A stretch of DNA of 64,000 nt from Podarcis melisellensis. Taxonomy: Eukaryota. Shown here piece after piece: positions 11,115 to 23,745 of the stretch. The position numbers and the translations under genes are program-made. The notes beneath the pieces were generated by a model, which saw nothing but the letters and a program-made list of their open reading frames with translations, was not told the origin of the DNA and did not search any database. How positions within the stretch are numbered: position 1 is the first letter of the stretch; every line of letters begins with the position of its first letter. Location of the stretch: NCBI GenBank assembly GCA_964234715.1, contig OZ174276.1. One strand, given 5' to 3'.

Positions 11115-12031
11115 TATTTCTTTAGCTCAACTGAACTACCTTCTGCTCTCCTGAAGCCAAAACAGTGGAAGGCATTCCCTGCTCTCCCCAACCCCCAATT
11201 TTGCCATTTCTGTTCTAGGAAATGGTGGAAAAACAGACCTGCCCAAGGCGCCATTGCTTCTGCTCTCTTGTCCACAGTCTTGATGAGCAGCTAGAATCTC
11301 AGGGTTCCATGGGATTCCTTGACCTTTGGAAATATGGAAATAGAGGGCATAAATGAAACATCCTATCATGGGATGAGGGGGTGCATTTTCATGGGATAAA
11401 CATTCAAAATAGAGTCATCCAAATTTCATTTCCTCTATTGTTGTGGGCGTTTGGCTCCTATTGTTGAACCGCATGATACTGTCATTCTAACATCTAACCC
11501 TCTACCTGTGAGTCATCCTCTTTCACTGCGAATGCATTCTCACACAGCTTTTGAGAGATCTGTTTAACATGCCTCGTTTATGTAATGTAAGTATGCAGTG
11601 TATATACCAAATAGCACTGTAAGCATATAATAGTGTGTGCTAAGAATGCAAATGCATAGAAAACAAATTAGCCTAATGATAACCCCAGGTATGCATAGAT
11701 ACTGAACCATGGGAAATCCAGCAATTGGGGATATCTAATCCTCACAAAGCGGCATATATTTTGCTTACACCAACTGTAACAGGCAGGTTCTCTGGGCGTG
11801 TGCAGGCATGGCGGTGCATCCTCACTATTGTCTCGCTGCATTCCCTTTGCACCAGCTGATGGAGTGGCCAAGACGTTTCTCAACAGTGCTGAACAATGTG
11901 CACAGATTCTTGCAAAACTGCCCAAAGGGCAAAGCGGTTCTTCTTTGCTGAACTCAGCAGTAAAACCAAAGCTTGTGCATTTGTTTGGGAGTGCAGGTGA
12001 CTTCATTGAACGCCACAGAGACCTCTTATGC

Positions 12032-12096
<65 letters not shown>

Positions 12097-12098
12097 AA
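12032..12098. repeat. (AGAA)n/(AG)n microsatellite
   Basis: Direct reading. Confidence 0.97.
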
Positions 12099-15000
12099 GA
12101 TGAGAAAAAGTATGCTTTCAGTGATTGGCTCCTAATCCTTTTCAGATCTACAGATGTTGTTGTTGTTGTTGTTGATGATGATGATAGTATGTTCCCTACT
12201 AGCTGGGTAACCATTGGGAAAGACAGAGAATGAAAGACAGAGAATGCCTCCATCCCACCCCTGCTTAGACATTTTAGTGACATGCTATTGCCTTAGCATA
12301 AACTTTGGATACCCAAGACTAAAATGTATATGTAGCCTGACAGGTAAAGTACATGTTAAAAGATCAACACTTTCCTTCAGAATTCACAGGAGTGGTGAGC
12401 TGGAAAGCTGACTGCGTATTTGAAGGAAAACATGACTACTTATCATGGACTTGCCCTTCTCAGCGTACACTATACCAACCTTTGCCAACCTGGTGCCCTC
12501 CAGATGTTTTAGATTACAACTCCCATCAGCCCCAGTCATTGTCTCCTCCCCCCTGCCCTCTTCCCTCTTCCTCTTCTTTCCATTGTAGTAGCCCAAGGTG
12601 GCTTGCATCAAAAATAAAAAACATTCAACCTAAAAAATAATAACAGAACAAAATGAAAACAAAACAGGCACAGCTGCTAAAAAGTATCAGTTAATGCAAA
12701 ACAAGTAGAGAAAATAAAATCAGGCACCAGCAAGGCCATGTTGGCATCTGTCTGCCTCAGGAGACAATGAAAGAGTGTGTATTTCAAGCTGTTGGAAGGT
12801 TACAGAGCCTACTGTGGCTGTGGAGGCCAAAGGCATGTGAGAATAGGCCTTGTGAACTGCTAAACATGGCCCTGGATGTTTCTTTAACTGAAGGCTGCAG
12901 TATAACTCTAGGAAAAAACCCCAAACCCCGGGAATAAAGCGTCTTCAAGTGACAATGGAAAGCCATCAAGGTGGGATCCAGTTGGTTCTCCAGTTGGTTC
13001 TCCTGGGACAGGGCATTTCACAAGCGAAAATTCTGACATGTTTCCACCCACCAGCCCATGTGATTGCTTGAACAGGGTTCTGTTAGCGGAAACGGTCCTT
13101 TTAGTAACTTGATGCAAAGCCCTTAGGGCTTTCCAGTACAGCCATGTCATCCTCACAATACTCTAAACAGATTACTGAGCTACCTTCAGGGATCAGAAGA
13201 GCAAAAGGATTGACTCACTGGTGGCTGCTTCAGCATGCCATATAGTCCCAGTTTATCCTGCTTCTTCCTTCTAAGTGTATCTGTCAATAAAGTGCACAAG
13301 AACAGGGGAGGAGAGCATGATGAAGGACTGTGTTTTACCCAGGTATTAAGGGTTCACATTAAAAAAGGGGACATTGTTGTTGAAAATGTATTGCCATAGC
13401 TCCTGGCCATTTGCTGGCTTAACAAATTAGTGTTTGTCAATCCTACTTTAGTGGATGACGAATGTGCCATAATTTAGGTCTGCTTTCCTTTCTAAACAAC
13501 ATTCCCCCTCAGTCTCCCTCTTTCACATTAGCTTATGAAGAAGATACATAACAACCAGTGCAATGCAGATAAGCATTAACAGCTGTATATGGAAGTGTAT
13601 GTCTACAGTGTCTTTGGGTGGGGCAAGGGTGGGCCCTACTGTTAGACAGAGGGAGGTGGCTGCCTCAGGTGTACAGAACAGTTTGGGCCATAAGGCCCTT
13701 CTTGCAGCTCCTAAACTAGCCTCCTTCCCTCAGGTGCAGTGAAGGAGGACAGCCTGTTGCTGGTGTTAAAATACGATCGATCTACCAGTCTTGTCAGCTT
13801 CTGTACATGGAATTGGAGGACTAGGGGTATATCACCATCTTGACCTCTGCCTCAGGCAACAAAATGTTTTGAGACAGCGCTGTGTGTGGCTTCTTCCTGG
13901 GAAAGGTATAAAAAGATCTGGCTGCAGATCTTTTGAATGTGAAGGGCCTCATCTGGCCCTTCTGGCTCTGCATCTGGCTCTGAGATGCAGGCAATGGCAG
14001 TACATGGAAGTAGGGAAAATAAATAAACACTGGCTTTAAGAAGAGATGCTGTATTTATTTATTTATTGAATTTGTTTATATTGAAAAGAAGGTCAAAGTG
14101 ATATACAAAACAGAAGCAAATACAATAGTACAGTATGTTAATAACCAGGTAAAAAACCAATTAAAGAAACTTTTCACAATTCTGAAATTAATAGTGGCAA
14201 ACTCAGGTTTATCATTTTGGATCAAGTCCATTTTATAGTTGGAAGTGAATCCATTTTTGATGTGCTAAGGCACCATTTCATCACACTTTTCCAGATTTAG
14301 ATAGAGCTGCATGCTAAAAATGATAGCTCAGCCTCCATCAAAGAAATACCAATCTAGATATTAGGAAGATACAAAGAAATGTGGGTAAGAGAGGTGTGGT
14401 CTGCAAAATCCATAAATCAGAGGGGCTCCATATTAATTATCACATTAGGCGCCTGAGTGACAAAAAGAAAATATCAGATTTGGGTTTGTTTTTTTAATGT
14501 CAATTTGGATTCTCACAAATCCTCTTTAATTGCTCCATTTAATTCATTAAAGGATTACAACTAAGGCTAAAGGGGGGGGGAGGAACTAAATAATAAGGGT
14601 GGCTCTGGCTTTTTGGCAACTCTTGTAGCACTCTTCCAAACAATCAGTCAAACACAATAGAATTTTTGAGGAAATTGTATTTGACCCTTCCATTCATTTG
14701 ATGAAATAGGCTCTTGCTCACATATCTCCATGCTTCAGTAAACTTGTTATTCGTGTATAGAAAGGTTATACCACACCAAAGAATCCCCAGAGAAGCCAAC
14801 AATATACTATAAATGACAAGAAAGCAGTATGAAAATGGTATTTTTGACAAGATTCTGTAAAATATAATAATCAAGAGATTTGTCAGTTCATAGTCAATAA
14901 GGTCTAAACCAGCAAAGACATGCTAAAGCAGCTTTTGCTGACTTGTTTTGGACGTCAACTCCTTGGGCCAGAGAGCCTCAAGTTGGCAAAAGCTGTACAA

Positions 15001-15417
15001 AAAAGGTGGGTATTTCACCAAAACTGAACAAAACTGGCAGAGCTGTTTGGGGCTGGAGTTTCACTCTGCAGAGAACCTCAACATGTGGTGGTCACCTGCA
15101 CCTCACTAAAAAATATGAAGCATATCACCAAAATTAAGAGAACAACAATTTATAATAAAATAAAAATTCATGTGCTAATTGATTTGTGTTCAAGGTCTTG
15201 CTATTGGTGTACATTGCCCTGTACAGCTTTGAATAAGGATACCTAAAAGATATTTTCATCCTTTATATCCCCAAACAATCACTGCACCCTGCGGGAGAGG
15301 GCTTTCTGTACATACAATCTAGTCAGGGGGTCCATTCCATACAATGTTGGACTTGGACCTTTAGTATTGTGGTGCTTACCCATCAGAACCTCCTTTAGTT
15401 GTCATAAGATTGCTATG

Positions 15418-15550
15418 ATACCTCAATCAGTAGAGCATGAGACTCAATCCCAGCGTCATGGGTTTGAGCCCCACATTGGGCATTTCAGGGGGTTTGGACT
15501 AGATGAGACCCGCGTGGTCCTTAATAACTCTAGAATTACATAATTCTATG
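15418..15550 (+). mobile_element. Decayed tRNA-Lys-headed SINE with CR1-type tail
   Basis: cagtagagcatgagactc...gggtttgagccccacattggg head; attctatg tail; same family as 44069-44215. Confidence 0.65.
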
Positions 15551-15956
15551 TATCAGTCTGGTGCCTTTTAGCCTGTTGAAGACATTTCTTTTCCAACAAG
15601 TGCAGATTTTTATCCCATTTGGCATCCATATTACATTTGAAATTGTTTTTACATATGCAATGGTTTTTAATTGTTTTTGTCCACAAAATTATTTTAATTT
15701 TTGTATATCTGCAATTGTTTCTTCTGTTTTTCTTGTCCCGTAAAATCACTCAGAGATGCTTCTTAAATATGTTGTTAAATATGTTTCTGAATAGAACTTG
15801 AGATCTTAATCTTAAAGAGCTGTTGAGTCATTTGCTTTCGGCTGCATGAGCAGCTGTAGCTCAGAATTGGAAGAATACTTCAGAATGTAAATATAGACCA
15901 GCGGTACCCAGAAGTTTGGCAATGTGCTTTCTTAGAGAAATTAACACAAAAATTAA

Positions 15957-16041
15957 GAGGCAGTGGAAGACAGGAGTGCCTGGTGTGCTCTGGTCTATGG
16001 GGTCATGAAGAGTCGGACACAACTAAACGACTAAACAACAA
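15957..16041 (+). mobile_element. BovB (RTE) LINE 3' terminus
   Basis: gacaggagtgcctggtgtgctctggtctatggggtcatgaagagtcggacacaactaaacgactaaacaacaa matches the BovB 3' end; flanked by TAAGAG repeats. Confidence 0.85.
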
Positions 16042-16367
16042 TAAGAGAACTGGGGGTGGGGAGGCAAAACATAAATGACTTATTCAAGAATATATGGAAA
16101 GTGTTTATTGACTATGCACTATGTACTGCAGATGATGGACCTTTAGAATTTTTTTTCTCCCTTCATCTCGAAACCTGGTATGGAAAATCTAAAGCATAAA
16201 TAAAATTTTAAGATTTTCAGTATGTATAGTCATTGAGCTGTCTTAAACCTGTTACATTAATACTCATTCTTTGCATCTGTTTTGCTTTGCTTTCTCTTTG
16301 CTTTGTATTTTCAAAAAAGTTCAATCAAGAAATATTTTTTAAAATAAGAAGTGATTCATAAGCAGCA

Positions 16368-16370
<3 letters not shown>

Positions 16371-16410
<40 letters not shown>
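16371..16410. repeat. (AG)n microsatellite
   Basis: Direct reading. Confidence 0.97.
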
Positions 16411-16414
<4 letters not shown>

Positions 16415-16495
16415 TATGAAAATTTAGAAACAATTACTGTAATTTAAGTAGAAATACAGTACACCTCACCATAATAAAGAGGATTGTGACTAGGT

Positions 16496-16808
16496 CATGG
16501 GTATGCAACCTAAGGCCCGGGGGCCGGATCTGGCCCAATCACCTTCTAAATCCAGCCTGTGGATGGTCCAGGAATCAGCGTGTTTTTACATAAGTAGAAA
16601 GTGTCCTTTTATTTAAAATGCATCTCTGGGTTATTTTGGGGGCCTGACTGGTGTTTTTACATGAGTAGAATGTGCCCTTTTATTTAAAATGCATCTCTGG
16701 GTTATTTGTGGGGCATAGGAATTTGTTCATTATTCCCCCCCAAAAAAATATAGTCCGCCCCCCCCCCCCAGTCTAAGGGACTCTGCTGAAAAAGTTTGCT
16801 GACCCCTG
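16496..16808. mobile_element. hAT (Charlie-type) non-autonomous DNA transposon
   Basis: CATGGGTATGCAACC...AGTTTGCTGACCCCTG termini; 8-bp TSD GACTAGGT/GACAAGGT; internal ~65-bp direct repeat. Confidence 0.85.
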
Positions 16809-17769
16809 GACAAGGTAGACCTTGTTTCTGCTAGGTCAGCTGTGCAGATGCTAATGTTTGATGGGCAACTTCCAGGCCCCTGCTGCTGTCCTGTGGGCCA
16901 ATCTTGGTCTGTCAAAGTTGCCTTGCAGTGATGGGGAGAGATAAAGATCTGAACCCTCTAGGCTAAAAAAGTTTCCACATCTGTGGACTCTAATATAGCC
17001 TAGCATTATCTGCTCTGACTGGCACACTCCAGCAGGGAGAAGTCTTTCCCATCACCTTCTACCTGATCCTTTTAAGTGGAGATGCTAGAGATTGAGCCTG
17101 GGACCTTCAGCATGAGAATCATGTGCCCAACCGCTAAGCCAGAGTCTCTCCATAGTCCCGTCTCAGTACTCACTGACTGCAACATTCTTCCATATATCCA
17201 TTCCAGACAGGCTTTACCATCCTCTACCCAGAAGTGAGTCCCACTGCCTAAGCCTATACTGGACCTTGTCCCTAGTAGACTCATATTCCACATTCTTAAT
17301 AGTTTGTGGAATTAACATACTTTGCCTACTTAATTCTTCTTCTTCTTTATCCAATGGCCTCTGGAATGTACAATTGTTTGGAATATGCCAACTGGTTGCA
17401 TTTTGCAGCAATAACAGCACATATTCCAATGGCGAGCTTTCCATTTCAGCAAACCTCTTAAACTTTCCAATATATATATATTTTCTTACATAGCACAAAA
17501 TGTATTTTGCGCTATAAGAGCCTTACATTCTCAGTTTGCTGAAATGCCAGGAAATTAAAAGGAGAAACAAGAAAAAAAGAGGGACACTGTTACATCTGGA
17601 GGTGTTTCCCTTCTGTAGAGAGTTTGATTTTGGTCAGAAAACTTGGCAAGGAAGTACGAGCTTGCAATGAACTCCCTCACAAAGGGTCTTCCGGGGTGTG
17701 GGGGCTTATTGTGCAATGCATGCTGCTCATGCACATAAGTGTTGTGCAGAATCCACACAAAGTCGTCAC

Positions 17770-18291
17770 TGTGGGATGTAATCCATTGGTAGAGTCAAAT
17801 GCAACATTCCTTATTTCCCTAGAGTGGGCACAAGCAGGAGGACATCCAGTCAGTGTAACTTCCTGTTCCACTGATCTGGAGCTTCCTCCCCCTGCATGTG
17901 ACCTGGGAGATGGGCGTGGCTCTGGCTGACTCCATAAAAGAGCAGAGTTAGGAAGCCATATTCTCTTTCTTGATCTCTTGCTTGCTGCTCTCTTACTGCC
18001 ACGCTGCTCTCCTGCAGCCATTTTGTTTTCTTAATTGATATTGTTGTCTGCTGGCCCTCAGCCAGCAGCACATGAGTCCAGTCTCCATATGTGATGAACT
18101 CACTGTTTGTTTGTGTAACTGCTAAGAGAAGCCTGCCTTTCAGGGATCAAATCATGAACTGAAATGTGAGTTAAACTGTTTGTTACTTTACTTTAAGAGG
18201 GATTAAAGGGGACACCAGGAAATAACTAAGAGATGCAAATGAATCTGCAGAGTAGCTTCCAGCTGTATTGAAGGGAATCTGCTCTGCTACA
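17770..18291 (+). mobile_element. Solo LTR (ERV/Gypsy-like), ~520 bp
   Basis: TGTGGG...GCTACA termini, 4-bp TSD TCAC (17766-17769, 18292-18295), GC box plus CATAAAA TATA-like motif followed by a pyrimidine-rich R region. Confidence 0.65.
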
Positions 18292-18350
18292 TCACTTACT
18301 AGTGAGAATGAAGGCAGGATAATACTTATTCAATATATCCTTTCCTACTA

Positions 18351-18785
18351 CAGTGGACTCTCGGGTTATGTTACCTTCGGGTAACATAATCTTCAGGTTA
18401 TGAATGCGGCAAACCGGAAGTACTTCGCGCATGTGCAGAAGTACTCTGCGGCACCACGTGCGTGTGCAGAAGCAGTCTTCCAGTTATAAAATTTTCAGGA
18501 TATGGCCGGGCCTACAGAATGGATCTCGTTCTTAACCAGAGGTACCACTGTACTCGGGTTAAGTACTTAATTCGTTCCGGAGGTCCGTTCTTAACCTGAA
18601 ACTGTTCTTAACCTGAAGCACCACTTTAGCTAATGGGGCCTCCTGCTACCGCCTCGCCGCTGGAGCATGATTTCAGTTCTCATCCTGAAGCAAATTTCTT
18701 AACCTGAACCACTATTTCTGGGTTAGCAGAGTCTGTAATCTGAAGCGTATGTAACCTGAAGTGTATGTAACCTGAGGTACCACTG
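18351..18785. mobile_element. Two abutting Tigger/mariner-type MITEs (18351-18550 and 18553-18785)
   Basis: TA-CAGTGG...GGTACCACTG-TA-CTCGGGTTAAG...GAGGTACCACTG-TA. Confidence 0.85.
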
Positions 18786-19581
18786 TATCTTTAACATTCC
18801 CACTGTCATCATCAAAATGGAAGCCCATCCTATTTTTAAAGTTTAATCTGGATTTCCTGATTCCGTACCAAGGAAAAATTGGTAAGTGAAAATACATTTG
18901 CAGTTTATTGCTGGTATGGAAGCTCATTAGCACGTTTCCCTGTCAAATCTGTAATGATGTTTCAGTGGGTGGCCTCTAACACAGCACCACTCCTTCCGTT
19001 TGCTCCTCACTTGAATACATCGAGGCCATTTTGTTTCCAGCAGCCAAACAATACAATCTAGCCTAGTAGTCCTGCCCTATAGTATTACCAATCATCAAGC
19101 TATATCAACCAAAGCAAAACACCCTTTTGTTCATTTATTTTATTTATTCCATGGGAGTCTTGCTTTCTTTGTAGCGATTAAATGTAAAGCAGCAGCAAGA
19201 GTTTACTTAACCATCTCTTTGTCTTGCCCAGAGGTGATGAAATGCAGTTTAAAGGACAACAGGGTTGAAGCCAAATCAGAGGGAAAGAGATCTCACGCCC
19301 TTCTGCAAGCGGAAGACTTAAAGGAACATCTGGTTAAAGGATGCTGAGATATGGCATTTTGTGCCTTCCAAAGTAAGGACCCTGGAAGGAGCCGCTCTTT
19401 TGCTAACCAACAGTTGCATTAACGTTCAGGGGCTTTATTACCAAACCTCTTTGCTTGTGTAACAAATGCATCTTCCTTTTTAATTTGTCAAGGTATCATT
19501 AGACCCATTAATTTCAGTGGGTCTACTCTGAGTAAAATACCACCCTGTGCGGTACTTCCTTTAGAGAGAGATCACTGTTTC

Positions 19582-20046
19582 AACAATGAAATAGCAAAAA
19601 TGACGCAAAAAATTAGAAACCAAAAAATACAAAGTTTATTAGTGATTGGAATAAATTTATGGTATATATTGAAGGAAATTACAGAAATTTAAAAACTATA
19701 GCTGGTCTGATATAAATCTTACAATGCGTAAACCATCAATAATTATTAGCTGCAGGGAAAAAAAGAAAATCTCTTTTTATCAAGAAGCCCAAAATCAGGA
19801 GGGAAGGAGGTCAATAGGTACGTAGAAGAAAGATCTAAATACCTAAAGATATAAAGATTTAAAGAATAAGATAAAGAACTGTAACAGAAATTGATGCTTT
19901 TTCTTTTTGGTATTATGTATGGATATTTTTTCCTTGTTGTTTTTTTTCTTTCCTTTTTCTGAAACTGTTGTTTTGCTTTTTGTCGTTTCTTTTGGGTTTT
20001 TTGATGATTTAATTGAAACTCAATAAAAAGATTTTTTTAAAAAAAA
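19582..20046 (+). mobile_element. 5'-truncated L1 3' end with 20-bp TSD
   Basis: EIAKMTQKIRNQ...DWNKFMVYIEGNYRNLKTIAGLI*; AATAAA and A tail; TSD TAGAGAGAGATCACTGTTTC at 19562-19581 and 20047-20066. Confidence 0.9.
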
Positions 20047-20543
20047 TAGAGAGAGATCACTGTTTCCCAGCACAATCTGCAATATGTTGTATTTTGGAAA
20101 ATCTGGGCCATTCTTTCACAAGAAAACATGTTAATTGTTGTCACACCAAAGGATGTTGTAGATGGTGGTGTCCTTGGCTAGGGTGCAAGCAAACCTTTGG
20201 GAATAAGGGCTTACTAATCTGTAAACTCACTGCAGCTTCCACACACAACACTATGTAAGCCACACCAATTAGCTAATTGTTGGTGCTTGCAAAGTGCTGT
20301 TCATGTGGCTTTGCAAACTGTGCCAATCTCAAGGATACCTACAAAGCCTCTTTCAACCCAGCTGCCTCACACCTCTATCTGCTTCACACTTGATGTCATA
20401 TATCTGAGGCAGGTGGCCAGAAAATGCACACAAGCTAAATGGGGATGGGGGTGGGAAATTATGCCAGTGGGTCAGAGTTTCTCTAATTTCTAATGAAATG
20501 GAACTTTGAGTGTTACCAATAGCACTACAGACAATATCAAGTA

Positions 20544-21000
20544 CTCTTCTTTCTTCTTTGGCAATCACTCATAGCTTAGTGAGATTGTCTTCCATGAACA
20601 TAGTCTTAACAGTGAGTCCTAAGTGACTGTGGTGGCCAATTCTGGATCCACACGTCCTTCCACAGTGGGGACATAGGTTTCCAGGTGGGTGTTGATCATG
20701 GTGAGGGATTGCCAAACGTGCCTTCCTCTAAGCTTGTTTCCCCTTACATCCTGATTTTGAGCATCTTCAAAGTCCATGACACCTTTGGTAAATGCTGTTC
20801 TCCAATTGGAGCACTCGCAAGCCAGTGTTTCCCAATTGTCAGTGCTTATACTGCAATTTTTAGATTTGCTTTGAGTCTTCAAACCTTTGTTGTTGACCAC
20901 CAGCATTATGCTCTCCATTTTTAAGTTTGGAATAGAGTAGTTGCTATAACTGCACAATGCGCATTTGATATCAAATGCTGCCAAACGAGATGAATTGCTG
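20544..21000 (-). mobile_element. RTE-clade LINE 3' end
   Basis: NCSISTDNWETLACECSNWRTAFTKGVMDFE, frameshifted C2H2-like CPHCGRTCGSRIG...HSHL, (GAA)n tail. Confidence 0.88.
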
Positions 21001-23181
21001 CTGCATTTTAACTCTCAGATATTGTCACCCTGGTTTATCTGAGGGAAGATTCTACAGCTTCTTATCAGTCGATCATCATTCCACCCTTCTTAGTGCTTTT
21101 CTCTGGGCACTTTCCTAACCATAAAATGACTGCTTCTTCCTGAAAGTGGATTTGTTGCGACAGAGAGCCCACTCTGTAGACAAGCCCAGCTATTTTCTCA
21201 GCTTTTCCTTAACTCTGCTTGTCAAGGCCACATCCTTTGTGTGGCAGCATTACTAGCCTTGCTGAGCCACGTCCCTGCATGCAGGTTCAGTGAATCCTTT
21301 TGGATCACAGACCTTCCAATATTTCCCCAGTGCCCAGTAGCATTTATTAGAAATGAATCATGCAGGAGGGGTGCGACGGTTTGATATGATCAGGATGGGA
21401 ATGGGGTGGGGGGAACCGCAGCAAAAGTTATCAGATGCAGAGCAAGAATTTATGCTGGGTAGGAAAACCCCGCTTGTCATAACTGTGGGGCATGAGTGCC
21501 TGGGAAAGAACTTCTCCTAGACTCAGGGCACAGGTGTGGGTGTCAAGGTCCCTGCCAGAGCACCTGGGCATTGATTTGTGTTCAATATATGAGCTTATCG
21601 TCTTGATTATCGTGTTTTTTTGTCAATAGCTGTTTCCTTGGAATAGCTCTGAGAGTCACAGCTGCCAGTGCAGTTTACTGAGAACACCCTGTGTCCCTGT
21701 TCTGCATATCACATTGCCTGCAGGTGGTGTCTGATGGGAATAAACAACAAAAGTGGCACTGCCATACTCCCACTGTTGGCTACTTTAAGTCTCTTCCACA
21801 CTAGCTCCATTTTCTGGGATTACCCTGGAGATTACTCAAAGGTTATGGAGAATTCCAGATAACTTGTTGGCAAATCATTATACGTATGTCAGTTGTCCTG
21901 TATGTTTGATTTGTGGCTTTGTTGTTGCCTGGTGCCTAGTGCTACTGAGGCCTTTAAAGGCTATTGAGTCTTCCAACAAAAGTTTTCCATTTACAGGCTG
22001 AGTCAGTTTTCTTGCTTCCTGTTCAGTATAGCTGGGGGGTTCCTTATGGGCAGAGCAATCTAAACCTCTGATCTGCTGTTCTAGAAAGAGTTTGGATGAA
22101 ACAGAGGTGCCTCTCTCTCTCTCTCCAGTTCTGCTTAGCTGTGCTCCATCACTCTGGAATGTCCATGCGTGCCTAAAATGCAAGCAGAAGCTACTGTTGG
22201 CAAGATCTCTATGGGCAGTAGCTGGTGTGTACCTCCAAAATGGGAGGAGGAGATGGGCTGTCCAGGGACCTGCTGGATCCTAAGCTGGTCCAGCTACCAA
22301 TGGGCCCAATTTAGGCCTCTCTGCTGCACCTGTTTGGATCTGGGGCAGCAAAACTCCAGAGCTTTTCCTGTCCCCAGTTTCTGCTTTTAGCTGGCATAAG
22401 GAAAAGGTTCTCCTCCAGATGCAGTGATGTCTCCACCATTAAGTTCTTCTGCTGTTGCTTAGCAGGAGTTTCGACTTCTCTGCTTATCAGCTTCTGTTCC
22501 CCAGAGTATTGCTATTTTGCTAGAAAAAGAAAACGAACAAATAACGAAAGATAACCTCAAATGTAAAACAAGAAAAAATAATAGCAATGAAAGGAAACCA
22601 CTACTTTAGGTCTCTCCCACTTTTGGAATAACAAGCTGAATGGATAAGGGGAAGTTTAGGGACAATACATCACTAATCCTCCAGCCATGCTGAATAGGAA
22701 GCCATAAATGAGTTATTGTCATACCAGAAAAGGGTTACTATAACACTATAATCCACACACCTGTGTGATGCTTTTATCCATTGGGGCTGTTCCCATACAG
22801 GAGAAGCTGGAATCAGCTTCTGGACCAAGGGAGTTAATTTTGTGCAAACTGTAATGTTTGTTCAGGGGGAAGGGGGGGGGGGAATCCATTTTAAAATATG
22901 GGACTCAAATGTAGGAAAATGGGAGCATTCAGATAACATTGAAATGGATTATCCAGAATAAGTAAATGGGTTAAATGCATGCTGTTTCCATAAGATTCTT
23001 TTCATAATCAAGTGCTAAAATGGTTACATTTGAACAAAAATGAAAAGTAACTTCTGCATTTTAGTAATATAGAAACAACTTATTTCTGCCACATAAAGTT
23101 GACATATTTTTTCTTCTCTCAGCCTGAATCCCTTTGGGCATTTGGAATTCCTTTTCTCCAAGAATGGGCATCCTTCCTTTT

Positions 23182-23745
23182 TCTTTTCTTTTATATAATT
23201 TTTATTAAATTTCTTTTATCATAACAAATATCCAGTAACATTGCTAAACATACATTTTCCAATTTCCCCCCTTCCCTGTTGACTTCCCTCAACTACCATT
23301 TCTGGTTTGTTACATCAGATGATAAATTCTGCTGTTTGTATACTATATTATGTTATCACATTGTTATACTTCTTGTTCTCAGTAAATAAAATTGTAAATG
23401 TTTATTTAAATCCTGCCAACGAGACCATTTCTTTCTGTTGCTTCTGCAAATATATTGTAAAAGGTTCCCATTCTTTTTCAAAGTCCCTATTGTCCTTTTC
23501 ATGTAGTTTGTCCGTTAATTTTGCAAGCGCTGCATAATTCATCAACTTTTCCTTCCATTGTGCTTTCGATGGTACTTCTCCAGTTTTCCAATTTTGAGCT
23601 ATTAAGATTCTTGCCGTTGTTGTAGCATACATAAATAATGTCTGTTTTGCTTTCGGCAATTGTTGTCTTAAAACTCCTAATGAAAAAGCTTCTGGTTTTT
23701 TAACGAATGTCATTTTAAATATTTTTTTTAAATGTTCCCTTTTTA
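23182..23745 (-). mobile_element. 5'-truncated L1 3' end
   Basis: LKKIFKMTFVKKPEAFSLG...ARILIAQNWKTGEVPSKAQWKEKLMNYAALAKLT...KEWEPFTIYL; TSD ATCCTTCCTTTT at 23170-23181 and 23746-23757. Confidence 0.9.
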
